A stretch of 62,891 nucleotides of DNA, the filler included, from Collodictyon triciliatum (taxonomy: Eukaryota), in the NCBI GenBank assembly GCA_043381765.1. It is 5 parts of 5 records of this genome, joined end to end, with 100 filler letters (N's around TTAATTAATTAA, not from the genome) between each part and the next. Parts side by side here need not be neighbours in the genome. Positions count along the whole stretch, not along the records: positions 1 to 24,472 come from JBHJMP010000909.1; 4 more parts are not named here. One strand, written 5' to 3'. The number at the start of each line of letters is the position of its first letter. The stretch's first letter is position 1. Below, piece after piece: positions 1 to 12,498 of the stretch. The position numbers and the translations under genes are program-made. Under the pieces are notes generated by a model that saw nothing but the letters and a program-made list of their open reading frames with translations, had not been told where the DNA came from and made no database searches.

Positions 1-955
1 TGTTCTTGTTTTTGTTCTTGTTTTTTGTTTTTGTTTTTGTTCTTGTTTTTGTTTTTGTTCTTGTTTTTGTTTTTGTTTTTTTGTTTTGTTTTGTTTTGTT
101 TGATAGGCGCTGCCACAGGGTATGGATTCGATGGCAAGAAGAAGGGTTGCATTAGACCAAATGAGCTTATCGAGTGGGTTTGGTGGAGAAGGGGGTTCAA
201 TGATGCTCGCGAATTGCTCTCAGGAATAATAAATGGAGAGTGGCATTATGATGATTCATTATAGATATTGCTTTTGACTGCAATGAGCGCAGTTATTAAA
301 AAGGGTGGTTGCTTTGGACACTTTTTCGTTGTTATTGTTGCTGGTTTTGTTGGGATTCCAGTTGAATTCTGGTGTCGGAATGGGGCTTTTTTTTTCTTGC
401 ATCAGATTTCACTTGTTTCTCGATGCATTGTGTGGTGTGAATAGACTTCTGGGCCCAAAGGAAACAGGTGATTGCCGGGTGATAAAACCAAAAACACGCT
501 GCTATGAAATAGAGACTCGGGTTCTTAAAGCAAGGCGCTTCGTTGGCCGATTTCAAGCCGCTGTAGAAGCCAATCATCAGAGCAGAGACAATCACCTGGC
601 CACGAAAGCCGCATTTGCAGGAGGAAGAAGAAAAGAAAAGAACAGTAGATAAGACGACATTAAGCGCCACGAATCTTCTTGATTGTCTTTGGCTGTGAAC
701 ATTGTCTCACGAACAAGCCTGAGACGATCACCCGCAACACGCCACGAGAGAATTCAACCCACGCAACTGCAGATGCGCAACGAATGAAGATATAAAATAA
801 GAAAAACATGAAAGAGGTTTCCATTTGGTGAATCGTGTCTGATTCTTGACCAACGCTCCAATTTGGAATTTCGTCGGTAGCAAGAAAAATGCAAGTTTGT
901 GTGTTTGTGTGTGTGTGTCTTCAGAAACAAACACCGAAATCCTCCACTCCAGCCA

Positions 956-1327
956 ATGAACCCGCCCCACCAAATCGTGCCTCCCGCGCCACCAGACACA
1001 AGCAGACCGGATCTAAGTGGATCCGCCCAATCCGCCCGCTCACTCCCTCTCGCTCCCACCGCAATCGCATCACCAAATCCATCATGTCCCCCTCAAAGAC
1101 CCCGTGTGTTTGGTCTTCTGGAAATAACAAAGAACCACAAACGCCTGTTCCGTAAATTTTCTGCTTGCGAATGCGGAAAGAACCCCGCTTATGGTGACTT
1201 GGCTCGCACAAATAACCAAGTTGGGAAGTGTGGTGTGTGCACCACGAGGTACCTTACCATCTCCGGATATTTGTGCCCCATTCAGCTGAAGTCTGCAGTG
1301 TACCGTACCAGCTTGCCATTCAGATGA
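956..1327 (+). CDS. Hypothetical 123-aa protein: Pro-rich N-terminus plus CxC...CxxC possible zinc ribbon
   Basis: GC-richer single ORF from ATG 956 (MNPPHQIVPPAPP...ACECGKNPAYGDLARTNNQVGKCGVC). No family recognised. Confidence 0.35.
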   Translation: MNPPHQIVPPAPPDTSRPDLSGSAQSARSLPLAPTAIASPNPSCPPQRPRVFGLLEITKNHKRLFRKFSACECGKNPAYGDLARTNNQVGKCGVCTTRYLTISGYLCPIQLKSAVYRTSLPFR

Positions 1328-1749
1328 TAGAAGGTTTACTAATTGTCAATTACTGTATAAATTTTATAAAAGTATTAGTAATCCTATAGTCACATAATGT
1401 CTATAATTACGATAAGATTCTTATCTCTATAAATTCCAGAAATATGACCCGTTGGCAACCGACTGTTCCTTTCGTTGATCAGACTCTTTGTTGCCAGCTA
1501 TCGCAGATCGTCCATGGCAAGCAGCCGAAAATAGCTTTTCTTCTTTTTTTTCTTTTCTTTCTCATTCTCTCTGCGCATAAGACTTGCCAAGCAGACCGCA
1601 TTGCGTTTCCACTTTTTATGCTAGGCGTAGAATGGGATTGTTTCAATAGTAAGCCCGAATCGTGCTGACTGAACCGCTTTAATTCAGGGCACTTCGCCAA
1701 GGCAAACAAAGAAAGCAAACAAAGAAAGTACTCATCAACAAAGCAACAC

Positions 1750-4700
1750 ATGTCAACGCGGCCGATTCGAATCCCCTCTGCTGGAAACTTGAATGCTCAA
1801 ACCCTCGCACAAAACGGAGATGTGCACTTTGAAGAGAATGATGACCAAGACAACACCGCACAGTTTTCCTTCAAAGGTTTTCTCTCAGCCACTTCCCCAT
1901 CACAACTGACTTCCGTCCTGTGCACAAGTTTATTGTCTGCATTTTTCTCTTTTTTAAGCAGCGAGAGTAACTGACAGAAACATAAATAAGGGATATAACT
2001 GTATATATTCGATTCAAAATCATTATCATTATCATTACAGTGTTGCAACCATTTTACTGAGAGAAATTTTATTGTCTATTCGTACATTCTGTCAATACAT
2101 GCCTCTAGTTTTTAATATTTATGCAGATTCGCAATTCTCTTTCTTAATGTCGCTTTATTTATCTGAATTAGGAATCCACGCCATCATCGAAGAGGATCAG
2201 CTTGATACTTCTGATCATAATTCCACCCATTCAGAGACAAAGACCCAGGTCTGAGATTTCTCATATATTTTATAAGTACATCCTTCCTTTTGATTCTGAT
2301 CTGATTAGGATAAAATACCGACGGTGAATATGGAACAATTGAATGCAATAGCATTTCTTTTTGAAATCATATCACCTTTACGATTTGAAATAATTTTTCT
2401 TCAAAAAAGACACTGTGGAAATGTGATTTATTAATGCATAATCATGATCAGCATACCATTCATTTATGCGCGCATGCACCACTAATCACCTCTCAACTCT
2501 TACCATTTTGAAGCTCCCGCCTATTTCTGACAAACTTGGGAGTATGATGCGAGAGAGTAGCCAAAACTTTGCATCCAGTCGAGGTAGTGACAACGGCTCT
2601 GCCCGAAACTCGCCAAAGTCACATGTGTCCACCGCTCGGTCTCAATCGAAGGACTCTTTCAACTCACGTTCGAATGGTTCATCCCGTCCCAATTCTGGGC
2701 TCTCCATCCAAAATCCTTCAGATTCCAGGAGAAAGTCGAACGTGAAAGAGCGCATGTCCAGTTTTCCTGATGGTCTTTCCAGCGAAAACATTCTTGTGGG
2801 TTCCCAATCATGCATCGTATTATGATTCATAGCAATGGTTTCTTATCCTTTTTTTTTTTTTTGCTTAATTTTTTTGACATATACGTTTACTCTATGAGAA
2901 TGTTTTGATTCATTGACACGGGTTTTTCTAGAATATGGACTCTGCCCCGAGAATGGATGACCATCAAGTTTGTTACCGCTTCACTTGCTTCGTTTTTGCG
3001 ATGGAAATAGCTCTTCTTCACTTTTTTCATAGCGCTCATCTATCCAAGGGTGGTTCAAAACCTTGCCTGCCTTTCGTTCGGGTTTAACAATTCTTCAAAA
3101 TGTGAATTTGATTGAATAGATTCCGAAGAAACCTCGAGGAAATCACCTCTTCTGTGATGACGATGTAGATTTCAACTTTGTCGGCGATTTCAGCAAGCTT
3201 TTATCAATGATGAGATATTTGGTCAACACAATCAACAAGCAAGCTGACGCAATCAAACAACTAGAGGCCACCGTAATTTCCCCTCCGTCACTTGAACATT
3301 CGGATACATTAATCGCGATCATATAATCGAAAGAAATACCTAAAAAAATATCAACCGCTATCTTGTCTTTTGTGATTATATCATCATACATGGTGCTTAT
3401 TTCTTTCTTTTTTGGTCGACAGGTAGAGCTCCACAATAATCAATTAGAGGGATTTGGAGGTGGTGTCGGAGGACCTCGAATGGTCTTAGAACTTGCTCAG
3501 ATGATGAGAATGCCAGACGGACGCTCCGTTGTTGATGTTGTTGCCGCCACCGAGCAGGATGTGTTTCGAACTATGTCATTTGTGCACGGTGGGATTTCCA
3601 GACGCTTTACTCTTTGGTTGTTTTCTGCTCCAACTTAGCCTACCCATTTAATTGATTTCTAGATCATACCTCAAAAATGGCGACTATTGAAGAATCGTTG
3701 GGTCGAAAACCCGACCGAGATACGACTGTCAACGTGCTCTTATTTGAGAACATGACAAAGGTGAACCATATATCATATCAATCCCCTGAGTATATGTAGG
3801 TCTATCGGCCTATATGCTCGTCAGCATTATGCAAGGAATGAAGTTTCATGTGTTGTTTAAATTGAGAAATTCGATAGGATTTTAAGGACACCAAGGATTT
3901 GGTCTCTCAAATGAGCAATGACATTATCCAATTGAAAACAGTAGTCTCCGCACCACAGGCAACCGATGAAGTATGCCGCCAGAAAGTCGACGATTTGCAA
4001 GTACAGAGATATCTTTATGAAAAAGGAATTTGGGTTTAAAAAGTAACAAATACCTCTGAATTACTGTCGCGGCTGTGTTCGTTATAATGATTTTACATAT
4101 TAGGATATGATACATAACATGAGCGAAGATTTGAGCAGCAAACTAGACAGGAGAGAATATTCATACTATCTCGAAGGGATGATGAAGAAGCAAAGAGAAG
4201 TAGAATCAGGGTTCGTTTGATGAATCGTACATTTAAATAACGCTGCAAATAATCTACCACGTGTATTTCTAATTGGTATCATAGTATCAAATCATATAAA
4301 CTCAGGGATATTACAATTTTCCGATCTCTTTTTGACGAGATTTTTTTTTTCCTACAGGGAATTCGCAAACCAACTCAAAGCAGGTATTTCTGGAATTCTT
4401 TCTATCATCTCACCTTATCTCATCAAATTAAGGTCAAATTAAGTGCACCAATGCAGTTTTATTTACCACTTAAAATCTAATTTGTGTCATCCAGAGGCTA
4501 ATGAGAATCAGTCTGGAAATGCAAGGTAGCTTTCTAGAGACTCTCTAATTCTATTTTTCTTCGCATAACATCTGGTTTATTTATTATCGAACTTAAAGTA
4601 GGGGTTTTAATTTTATTTTAAGCTTGTAAAATTAATTGCGGCTATACATACCACTATCTCAGCAAACAAGCACCCAGTTCAACTGAGCCAGGATTCAATT

Positions 4701-6264
4701 CTGCAATAAAAAGTTTGACTGGTATAATTTGATACATAGTTGATGTGTAAAACGAAAAATTATCTAGAGGGCAATCTTCATAAACTAAGTGTTGATGTTC
4801 AATTACAATTTTTTTTCTATTATCGATAGTCATGTTTCTCTCTCTTGTCCTTTTTTTTTCTTCCTAGCACAAATAGTAACTCCTCTTTAAAATTGATGAA
4901 TCATATAGATGTATTTCTGAAAACCTTTTGGTCTGGGCCTGGAAGGTAATTGCTGTGGAGAACGTTCACTGCGTCATAATGAACTTATCCTTTTCTCTTA
5001 GTGAACTTATTTCTCATGGCAATACTTATTTTACGATAGCGTCGCTTCAGTACTGTCAGACCCCGCGGTATTGGCCAAGCTTGGTAAGATATATATAGTA
5101 ATTTGTGCTGTATTTCTTCATGTGCAATATACACGATTTATAAAATCATGAATCGAGGAAACCTCAGCAACTTTTTCTTAATCTTTTAATTCTTTTTGGG
5201 GGCGACTTTAGGTAAGAATGGAGACAGGTTGCAATCCGCTGACGTTGTTATGGTTTCAAAAGAGATTGAAAAATTAAACTTTCTCGTGAATCTGAAGGTT
5301 TTTACTCTTGTCTTGACTACCTGGCTGATATCAATTTAAGTGTCCTTTTTTTTCTTTCAAAATAATAACCAACTGCAAAAAAAAAAAAACGACATTTCAA
5401 AAGACATACAAGCACGAAGTAGAAGAGATGATTTCGCAGCAATCCATAACAAAGTCACAGTTGGAGGTCAGGCTAAGTGCATTCTTCAAACAGTTAAAAA
5501 AAGTATTCCAGACAGATTTGACAGCATTCTTCCAAAAGTAAGTTTGTAGTTGCACTACTTTAATTTTCACCCTGATGACTGCCAACATTTTATGAAATAA
5601 ATATTTAGCAACTGTTTTAATTCAACTGCCTCGAGCTTCAATATATTTCTCTGGAACTCTTTACACACCACCAATATGCCTTATTTCCTTTTATCTTCTC
5701 AGATTCACGCAAGACTTAAAGCCAGAGCCCGAAAAGCGACCCGACAGCTCTATGGATTATCAGGTTCAAATCATAGAGGTGTATTATGAACAAATAGCAA
5801 ACAGTTTTGGATGCATTTGACTCCTTTCTAAATCTATACTTGATTACGAAAAGAAAAAAGAAAAAGAAAAAGAAAAAAGAAAAAAGAAAAAGAAAAAGAA
5901 AAAAGAAAAAGAAAAAGAAAAAAGAAAAAGAAAAAGAAAAAAGAAAAAGAAAAAAGAAAAAGAAAAAAGAAAAAGAAAAAAGAAAAAGAAAAAAGAAAAA
6001 GAAAAAAGAAAAAGAAAAAGTAAAAAAAGAAAGGGTAATTAGTGAATACCTATTATGTTTTCTACGCATTAACCTCTGCATTTCTTTTACCCTATCGTGC
6101 GACTATCTCAGGGCGGTCGTCCATCCACAACGTCGACTTTAGGTGTTGGAAGCACAGGTCATGGAAATATGCGAACATCACGACGACACGACGACCACCC
6201 TCCCGAATCTACGCGCTACTTTGGAGCCAGGTTCAATTCTTCCCTGAAAACACATACGCCCTAA
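1750..6264 (+). CDS. Large multi-exon (~20 exons) hypothetical coiled-coil protein
   Basis: Chain of GT-AG exons that splice in frame: MSTRPIRIP..., Ser-rich exon ~2514-2795, FSKLLSMMRYLVNTINKQADAIKQLEAT, TYKHEVEEMISQQ...FFQK|FTQDLKPEPEKR, last exon 6112-6264 ending HTP*. Recurrent K-x-D/K-R/H-x-E motifs (RKPDRD, SKLDRRE, KTYKHE). Some small internal exons uncertain. Confidence 0.65.
5849..6030 (+). repeat. Intronic (GAAAAA)n purine tract
   Basis: Directly visible. Confidence 0.95.
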
Positions 6265-6313
6265 AACCTCCATGAAAATCAAAATCTGCTTGAGAGCTCC
6301 ATTAAAAGTCTAC

Positions 6314-6621
6314 ATGAAACTCCACCGCAGCCCAAGAGTCGACCGGGCGTCCACTGCAGGAGCCCCCGCAGCCCCCCGCAACCAGGCCCGATTCGCCGAC
6401 CTAAAGACGGCAGCATCCACATCAAAGCCCGCAACGTTGCAAACCAACGCGCCTGTGTTGAATCCCGGACCAACAACAATCATGGTTCCTCCACCCATGC
6501 CAGCCTCCACTGCAGCCACGGCCTCTCCACAGACGCCAGCGCAGGCAAATGCCCCGTCTCCTTCCGCCTCACCTTCTCCTGAGCCGCACCAATCGCCGCT
6601 GATGGGTATGAGCGCCTCTGG
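6314..6621 (+). CDS. Possible first exon of a low-complexity Pro/Ala/Ser/Thr-rich protein
   Basis: GC-rich open frame MKLHRSPRVDRASTAGAPAAP...SPSPEPHQSPLMGMSAS followed by a GT and a (TTTC)n tract typical of introns here. Continuation is unclear because of the gap at 7097-7781. Confidence 0.3.
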
Positions 6622-6633
6622 TTGCTCTGGTTG

Positions 6634-6734
<101 letters not shown>

Positions 6735-7875
6735 CTTCTCCCTTTCATGGACGCAACCACGAACCGCATCACCACCCCGTGAAACAAACCGTGTTGAGAC
6801 TCGACCTCTGCTTAATGTGATTGCTGCACAGGCTCAAGACATGCAACGCTGAAGAAGACAGGCTCATTCCGCTCACTGAACAGACAGTCCTCATCTTCAG
6901 ACCTGGAAGTAACAGGCAGTGCCGCGCCCGATTCGCATCTGTCGTCCAATGTGATGGTGCCTTCCCCGCTAATGAAGGGATTGTCGATGCGCATCATGTG
7001 AGACAGCTTCACCTCGCCCTCACTTACTTCCCGCACCCTTTTCCCTCTCCCTCGTTTCTGTCTCATTATGGCTGTGATTATGGAATTATTCATGTCNNNN
7101 NNNNNNNNNNNNNNNNNNNNNNNNNNNNNNNNNNNNNNNNNNNNNNNNNNNNNNNNNNNNNNNNNNNNNNNNNNNNNNNNNNNNNNNNNNNNNNNNNNNN
7201 NNNNNNNNNNNNNNNNNNNNNNNNNNNNNNNNNNNNNNNNNNNNNNNNNNNNNNNNNNNNNNNNNNNNNNNNNNNNNNNNNNNNNNNNNNNNNNNNNNNN
7301 NNNNNNNNNNNNNNNNNNNNNNNNNNNNNNNNNNNNNNNNNNNNNNNNNNNNNNNNNNNNNNNNNNNNNNNNNNNNNNNNNNNNNNNNNNNNNNNNNNNN
7401 NNNNNNNNNNNNNNNNNNNNNNNNNNNNNNNNNNNNNNNNNNNNNNNNNNNNNNNNNNNNNNNNNNNNNNNNNNNNNNNNNNNNNNNNNNNNNNNNNNNN
7501 NNNNNNNNNNNNNNNNNNNNNNNNNNNNNNNNNNNNNNNNNNNNNNNNNNNNNNNNNNNNNNNNNNNNNNNNNNNNNNNNNNNNNNNNNNNNNNNNNNNN
7601 NNNNNNNNNNNNNNNNNNNNNNNNNNNNNNNNNNNNNNNNNNNNNNNNNNNNNNNNNNNNNNNNNNNNNNNNNNNNNNNNNNNNNNNNNNNNNNNNNNNN
7701 NNNNNNNNNNNNNNNNNNNNNNNNNNNNNNNNNNNNNNNNNNNNNNNNNNNNNNNNNNNNNNNNNNNNNNNNNNNNNNNNNATTCCCGCCGATCCTGCCA
7801 TACATAAACGCACAACCCGTTTGCTGCGTTGGAAACCACGCCGTGCGACTTCTGCACAAACAACGCCAGAACAAA

Positions 7876-8040
7876 CAAAGCCAACAAAGCCAACAAAGCC
7901 AACAAAGCCAACAAAGCCAACAAAGCCAACAAAGCCAACAAAGCCAACAAAGCCAACAAAGCCAACAAAGCCAACAAAGCCCAAACAAAGCCAACAAAGC
8001 CAACAAAGCCAACAAAGCCAACAGAACAAACAAAGCCAAC
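7876..8040 (+). repeat. 9-bp tandem repeat (CAAAGCCAA)n
   Basis: Directly visible; upstream of the zinc-finger ATG. Confidence 0.95.
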
Positions 8041-8053
8041 AGCAAGAGCAGAC

Positions 8054-8671
8054 ATGTCAACACCGCCAATCGTCCCGACCTCGCCAAACAGCAGCGAGCA
8101 GCCATGCACATGGGCTAGCCAAAGCCGCAAGCGACAATGTGAGTACTGCAGCAAGGAGCTGGCCAATAAGCGCAATCTAGAGCTGCATCTCAACATCTGC
8201 AAGCGCAGCCCATCCCGGCATCAGAAGATGGTGACGTGTGCACTCTGTCCCGGGTGGGTGGGCTACTCGGAGCAGGCGCGCAGGGAACATGCAAAGACTC
8301 GGGAGCATCTGACAAACGTCCTGCGCACTGCGCCTTTTAGCATGGAGCCGCGCATTGTGATTGCCAACAGAAGCCGCCGTGCAGGAAGCGCCGTCATCTT
8401 CCCCGGAGACCGACTCAGTAAAGGCCGCACAAACAGCGCATGCAAGAGCGAGACCTATGCCACAAGCGAAGATGCTGATGTTGATGTTGTTGTGGATATC
8501 GACGTCGATGGCATGTGCGCGCAATCACTCAAGGCACAGTACACACACACCGACCACGAAGCAGCCTTCCTCCTCATGAACTTTGCACGTTTTGGAGCTT
8601 CACATGCCGCCACTGCACAGAGTCCTGTCAGTCCGCTGTCCGCTGTCACCCTCCATGACCACAACTTGTGA
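8054..8671 (+). CDS. Zinc-finger protein (C2HC + C2H2-type fingers), probable transcription factor
   Basis: ATG 8054. CEYCSKELANKRNLELHLNIC and CALCPGWVGYSEQARREHAKTREH; C-terminal EAAFLLMNF motif. The upstream part of the listed ORF is a 9-bp repeat. Confidence 0.75.
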   Translation: MSTPPIVPTSPNSSEQPCTWASQSRKRQCEYCSKELANKRNLELHLNICKRSPSRHQKMVTCALCPGWVGYSEQARREHAKTREHLTNVLRTAPFSMEPRIVIANRSRRAGSAVIFPGDRLSKGRTNSACKSETYATSEDADVDVVVDIDVDGMCAQSLKAQYTHTDHEAAFLLMNFARFGASHAATAQSPVSPLSAVTLHDHNL

Positions 8672-9283
8672 GGTTGGACGTGTGGAATGGCAGTCGTCTT
8701 GGTACTTACTTTCCTTTGCCGTCTTGTGCTTATTTTCTTTTTCCTTCTCATTTTCCTCCTCTTTCCTCCTCCCTATTTCGCTTGCTTTCTTGAGAAATGT
8801 CGTTCGGGCATTGGTTGTAGTCCTCAAGAAAAAAATGTATCTGCAAAGTTTTTCCATCTTCCCTCAGAGCCCCCAGCGCGAATAAAGTGGTGAAAAATAA
8901 ATGTGTCTCGCTTCTTGCAATTATTTCACTTTGCCATACCGCATTTGCTTCTGGCGCACCTTGCGAACACAGCAGCCGCATCCTTCCAGTTTTGTGAATT
9001 AATGGTATCACATACATATACCGATATAAATAATACAGTATATATTGCACGGAGGTATTTAGTTTATTTTTAGAATATCTTTCGTGACCAACGATGACGT
9101 CACTTCCATGGGACACAATCCATATAAGTGTAGATTGGCCACATTACACGTCAACATCATACATATTTGTACAATGTACATGGTAGATGACGTCATCATG
9201 CATCATCCTATGCAAGAGCTATTTTTAAGTCCGTTATCATTCATCCATATGGCATGAATTCGCTGACTTGTGGGTATTAATAG

Positions 9284-11676
9284 CGGCCGTTCCTTTTGCG
9301 TCTCAACCTGCCTGCTTGCCAAGCACAGCCGCAGGACTCTGGAAAAGACCAGGAATACGTGACTTTGAAGGAAACCTGGCACAAAGCACATGAAAGGCTT
9401 TCGCTTCTGGAATGTCAAGAACAGCAGCTTGTTCTCTTAGTAAAGAGTTTACGCGAGGTTATTGCATTCCCTCACGGCGAAAGGCGAAGATATGTGCTGG
9501 ACGCTGTTGAACTTTGCTTATACCCCACTTAATAGCCTTCTCAGCAGACACCACTATTGAACAGCTGGTAAAAGGAAGCATTCAAACCATGGAGCTTCCG
9601 CATATTCGTCCCAATCACACCGTGCAAAACTCATCCGAGCCGGCAGCTATGCGGAAGCAGATGACAACCCAGAAACCCCTACCAAACCTTGCCAAGATGC
9701 GCTCCACTATACCAGCGTACGACCCATATAATCATCACACATCGCACTTTCTCTTTCAACATATATCATAATATTATTCTTTCTAATAATTCTATGACAC
9801 ACTCATTATATAAAAAAGGGGCTCGTTCGGTTCACGAAGCAGTCTTCTGTCCAATGGAAGCAGCGTATTCGAAGCAATTCTCCCAGAGATAACACATATA
9901 TCGTAAGTCCTTTTTTTCCAGTAAATGACACCCCTTTCTGCCGAATAGATTCTTGTCTTCTTAGAAATTATCATACGTACATAATGCGAAAGAAATAGCA
10001 TTAAGCCGTTCTGTAATATGCAAAGAATGTAGTTTCAGTTGAGATTAACAAGAAGTAAGACCCAAACCTTGTTGATTAAAACCACATTCATAATTTAGAA
10101 GCTCACATGCATCAGCCATAAATGTTGTTGGTCTTAATGAGCCACTATGCATCGAAGTTGTTGTAAAGAAGTTGACACTTGCGTCGCATAATCCGTTTTC
10201 TGTTTCGGAGTACTTTCCCTCCACTGTTGTACATGCTATTCTCAACCACGCTCGCAGCATAATACACGAGGTAAAACTTTCTGCTCACGCAGCTAATAGA
10301 AAAAGAAGAGAAAAAAAACATGGGTACATTGGTATTTTCGGAAATGACTGCAGTTTATACTATATAATGCACTTATGTGTTGCAGGAGCAGTGCTATGTA
10401 TATACTAAAAGAGTCGATAATTAGGAAAATAATTTAGTGGAAACTCATATTGATAAGGGAATGGAAAATTTAACCATCGTCGCTGACCTTCATGGACAAA
10501 TATTTGACCTGCTCCATGTATTCCAAACAAAGGGATTTCCTTCAAGCAAGAAACCTTTCGTATTTCTCGGGGATTATGTGGACAGAGGGCTATGGGGATT
10601 TGAAGTTACTATACTACTATTTTTGTTAAAGATTCAGAACCCTAATCATGTCATACTCTTACGTGGAAACCACGAGAGCAGGGAATGCACAGCAGCATAT
10701 GGATTCATGGAGGAAGTGAGTAGTTGCATTTTCATCTTAATGATATCCAAGCCTATTGTTATTACACTTACTATCAAAGAACATCATTTTTTTTTCATTT
10801 TTCAATTCTTTTCCTTACTGCCATAGACTTTAAACTATTATCTAATACAAGCATTTTTTTTATCGGGACATGACGCTGACAATATAATAATTTTTTAATA
10901 TCTTTTCATGCAGATTGAAATCAAGTATGGCCAAGAAATATACGAACACTATATGAGAGTTTTTGACGTACTACCGCTTGGATGTTTGATTACAGGGGCT
11001 TCAACTGACCAAGCCGCCCTATCCATTCATGGTGGACTTTTTCGAAAGCCATTCACGCAGATGACGGGCGACATTTCAGACCTGATGATTGTGGATAGGT
11101 ATGATTAGCATCTACTTGTGTTGTTTAAATGTCTTACTTTTAAATGTTTTTGCCAGGATTTACTCTTTAATCGCAAAAAAAAAAAAAATGCAGATTTTCG
11201 GAACAAGAAAATTAAACTAGATGCAGGTTTTTTTTTGTAACACTAACAAATATCAAACCATTCCACATGGTCACAGAGTTGGCGAACCTCGACAGCGCAC
11301 TATCGAGGACATCCTCTGGAGCGACCCAATGGGAAATGAAGGCATTAGGCCCAACCACAGAAGGCAGAAAGGACTCCACTTTGGACCTAGAGCCACACAA
11401 AGATTTTTAAAAGAAAACAAACTATGCCTCTTGATTCGTGGCCATGAGAGCCCCAAGAGTCGTGTAAATCGCAAAGGACTGAAGGCGATGCCGCAAGGAT
11501 TTGCGGTGGACCATAGCGGAGCTCACGGTGCTGTCGTGACACTTTCATCAACAACGAATGCTGGGCCAGCAGCCTATCTTGTGATGGATGCAACACTCAA
11601 TTATACGATGAGGGCTATCCGTACGACGCCAGAGAGATTGATGGCAGAGGCAGCCTTCCGTTCGTATGCCGCGTGA
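9284..11676 (+). CDS. PPP-family Ser/Thr protein phosphatase, plant PP7-like (start codon uncertain)
   Basis: Exons 10425-10715, 10914-11098 and 11277-11676 give ADLHGQ, GDYVDRGLWG, LRGNHES..CT..YGF, HGGLFR, DILWSDP, IRGHESPKSRVNRKGLKAMPQGFAVDH. Upstream exon ~10099-10270 encodes the pre-catalytic helix. Further exons at 9284-9900 encode a coiled-coil N-extension. Confidence 0.9.
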
Positions 11677-12498
11677 GCAATTAGTTCAGTGGCGAATTTA
11701 TCTTTGGCTGCATTGTACCGCCTCTGTATCGTCGAAATATCATCAATCGGTCGAAAACTTCCATGTGTTTATTGTAGAGTAGCTTCGATTTATGAACCCC
11801 TGTCATAACACTTCGTGAAATGGAGATGGAAACACCTGGGTCTATTCATGTTTTCTTTTTGTCCTCCCCATTTTCATGTAATTATAATAAAAATCCCTTG
11901 TACAAATAACACCTCAAGTTGAAGGGCGGTTAGCCACGTGTGCAAACGTTTAGTGATATCACTTTATTGTTGCTTTTGAAAGGCTGATGACAATAGCGTG
12001 ACTAAACTATCACTTTTTGGCGAGAGGATATTATAAGGCTAAGCAACGAACCAAAAAAAAAATAAAATAATAATGATACAAATGAGCATATGTGAATAGA
12101 AAGTATTCAATAATCAAGAATCGAGTGGAGACCCCATAAAATTAATCAATGCAATTAATATTTCGGAAAGTAAAATAGTGGCGACATAATTGCTCATTCA
12201 ATCTACTCTAGCAAATAACCTATGAAATGGAACGACGGATCAAAATTTGAAGGGTGTAAATAATATCCAAGAAACGCGGAGACTTCTGGTATCAAAGGAA
12301 TATTGCCCTCTATCAACGACGATGTCATTGGCCCGGGGAACTATGTGACAATCAAGACAAAAAGCAAAATTTTGAATGGATATAGACGTTATTGTCGAAC
12401 CTTAGAAGATAAAAAGGAGTTGATCGAAAGCTTCTTCTTTTTTTTTTTTTTGGGTGTGGTGATACTATGGTCTGGATTAAAAGGACGAGAAAAGAAAA

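Noticed and set aside
105-750. Overlapping short ORFs at the window start
   Set aside because: No motif support or consistent exon structure.
7876-8040. Tandem array as CRISPR
   Set aside because: 9-bp unit, no spacers, eukaryotic context.
6812-8202. Long ORFs of 328-405 aa spanning 7097-7781, and similar ones at 33123-33819
   Set aside because: They stay open only because of N runs and the 9-bp repeat.
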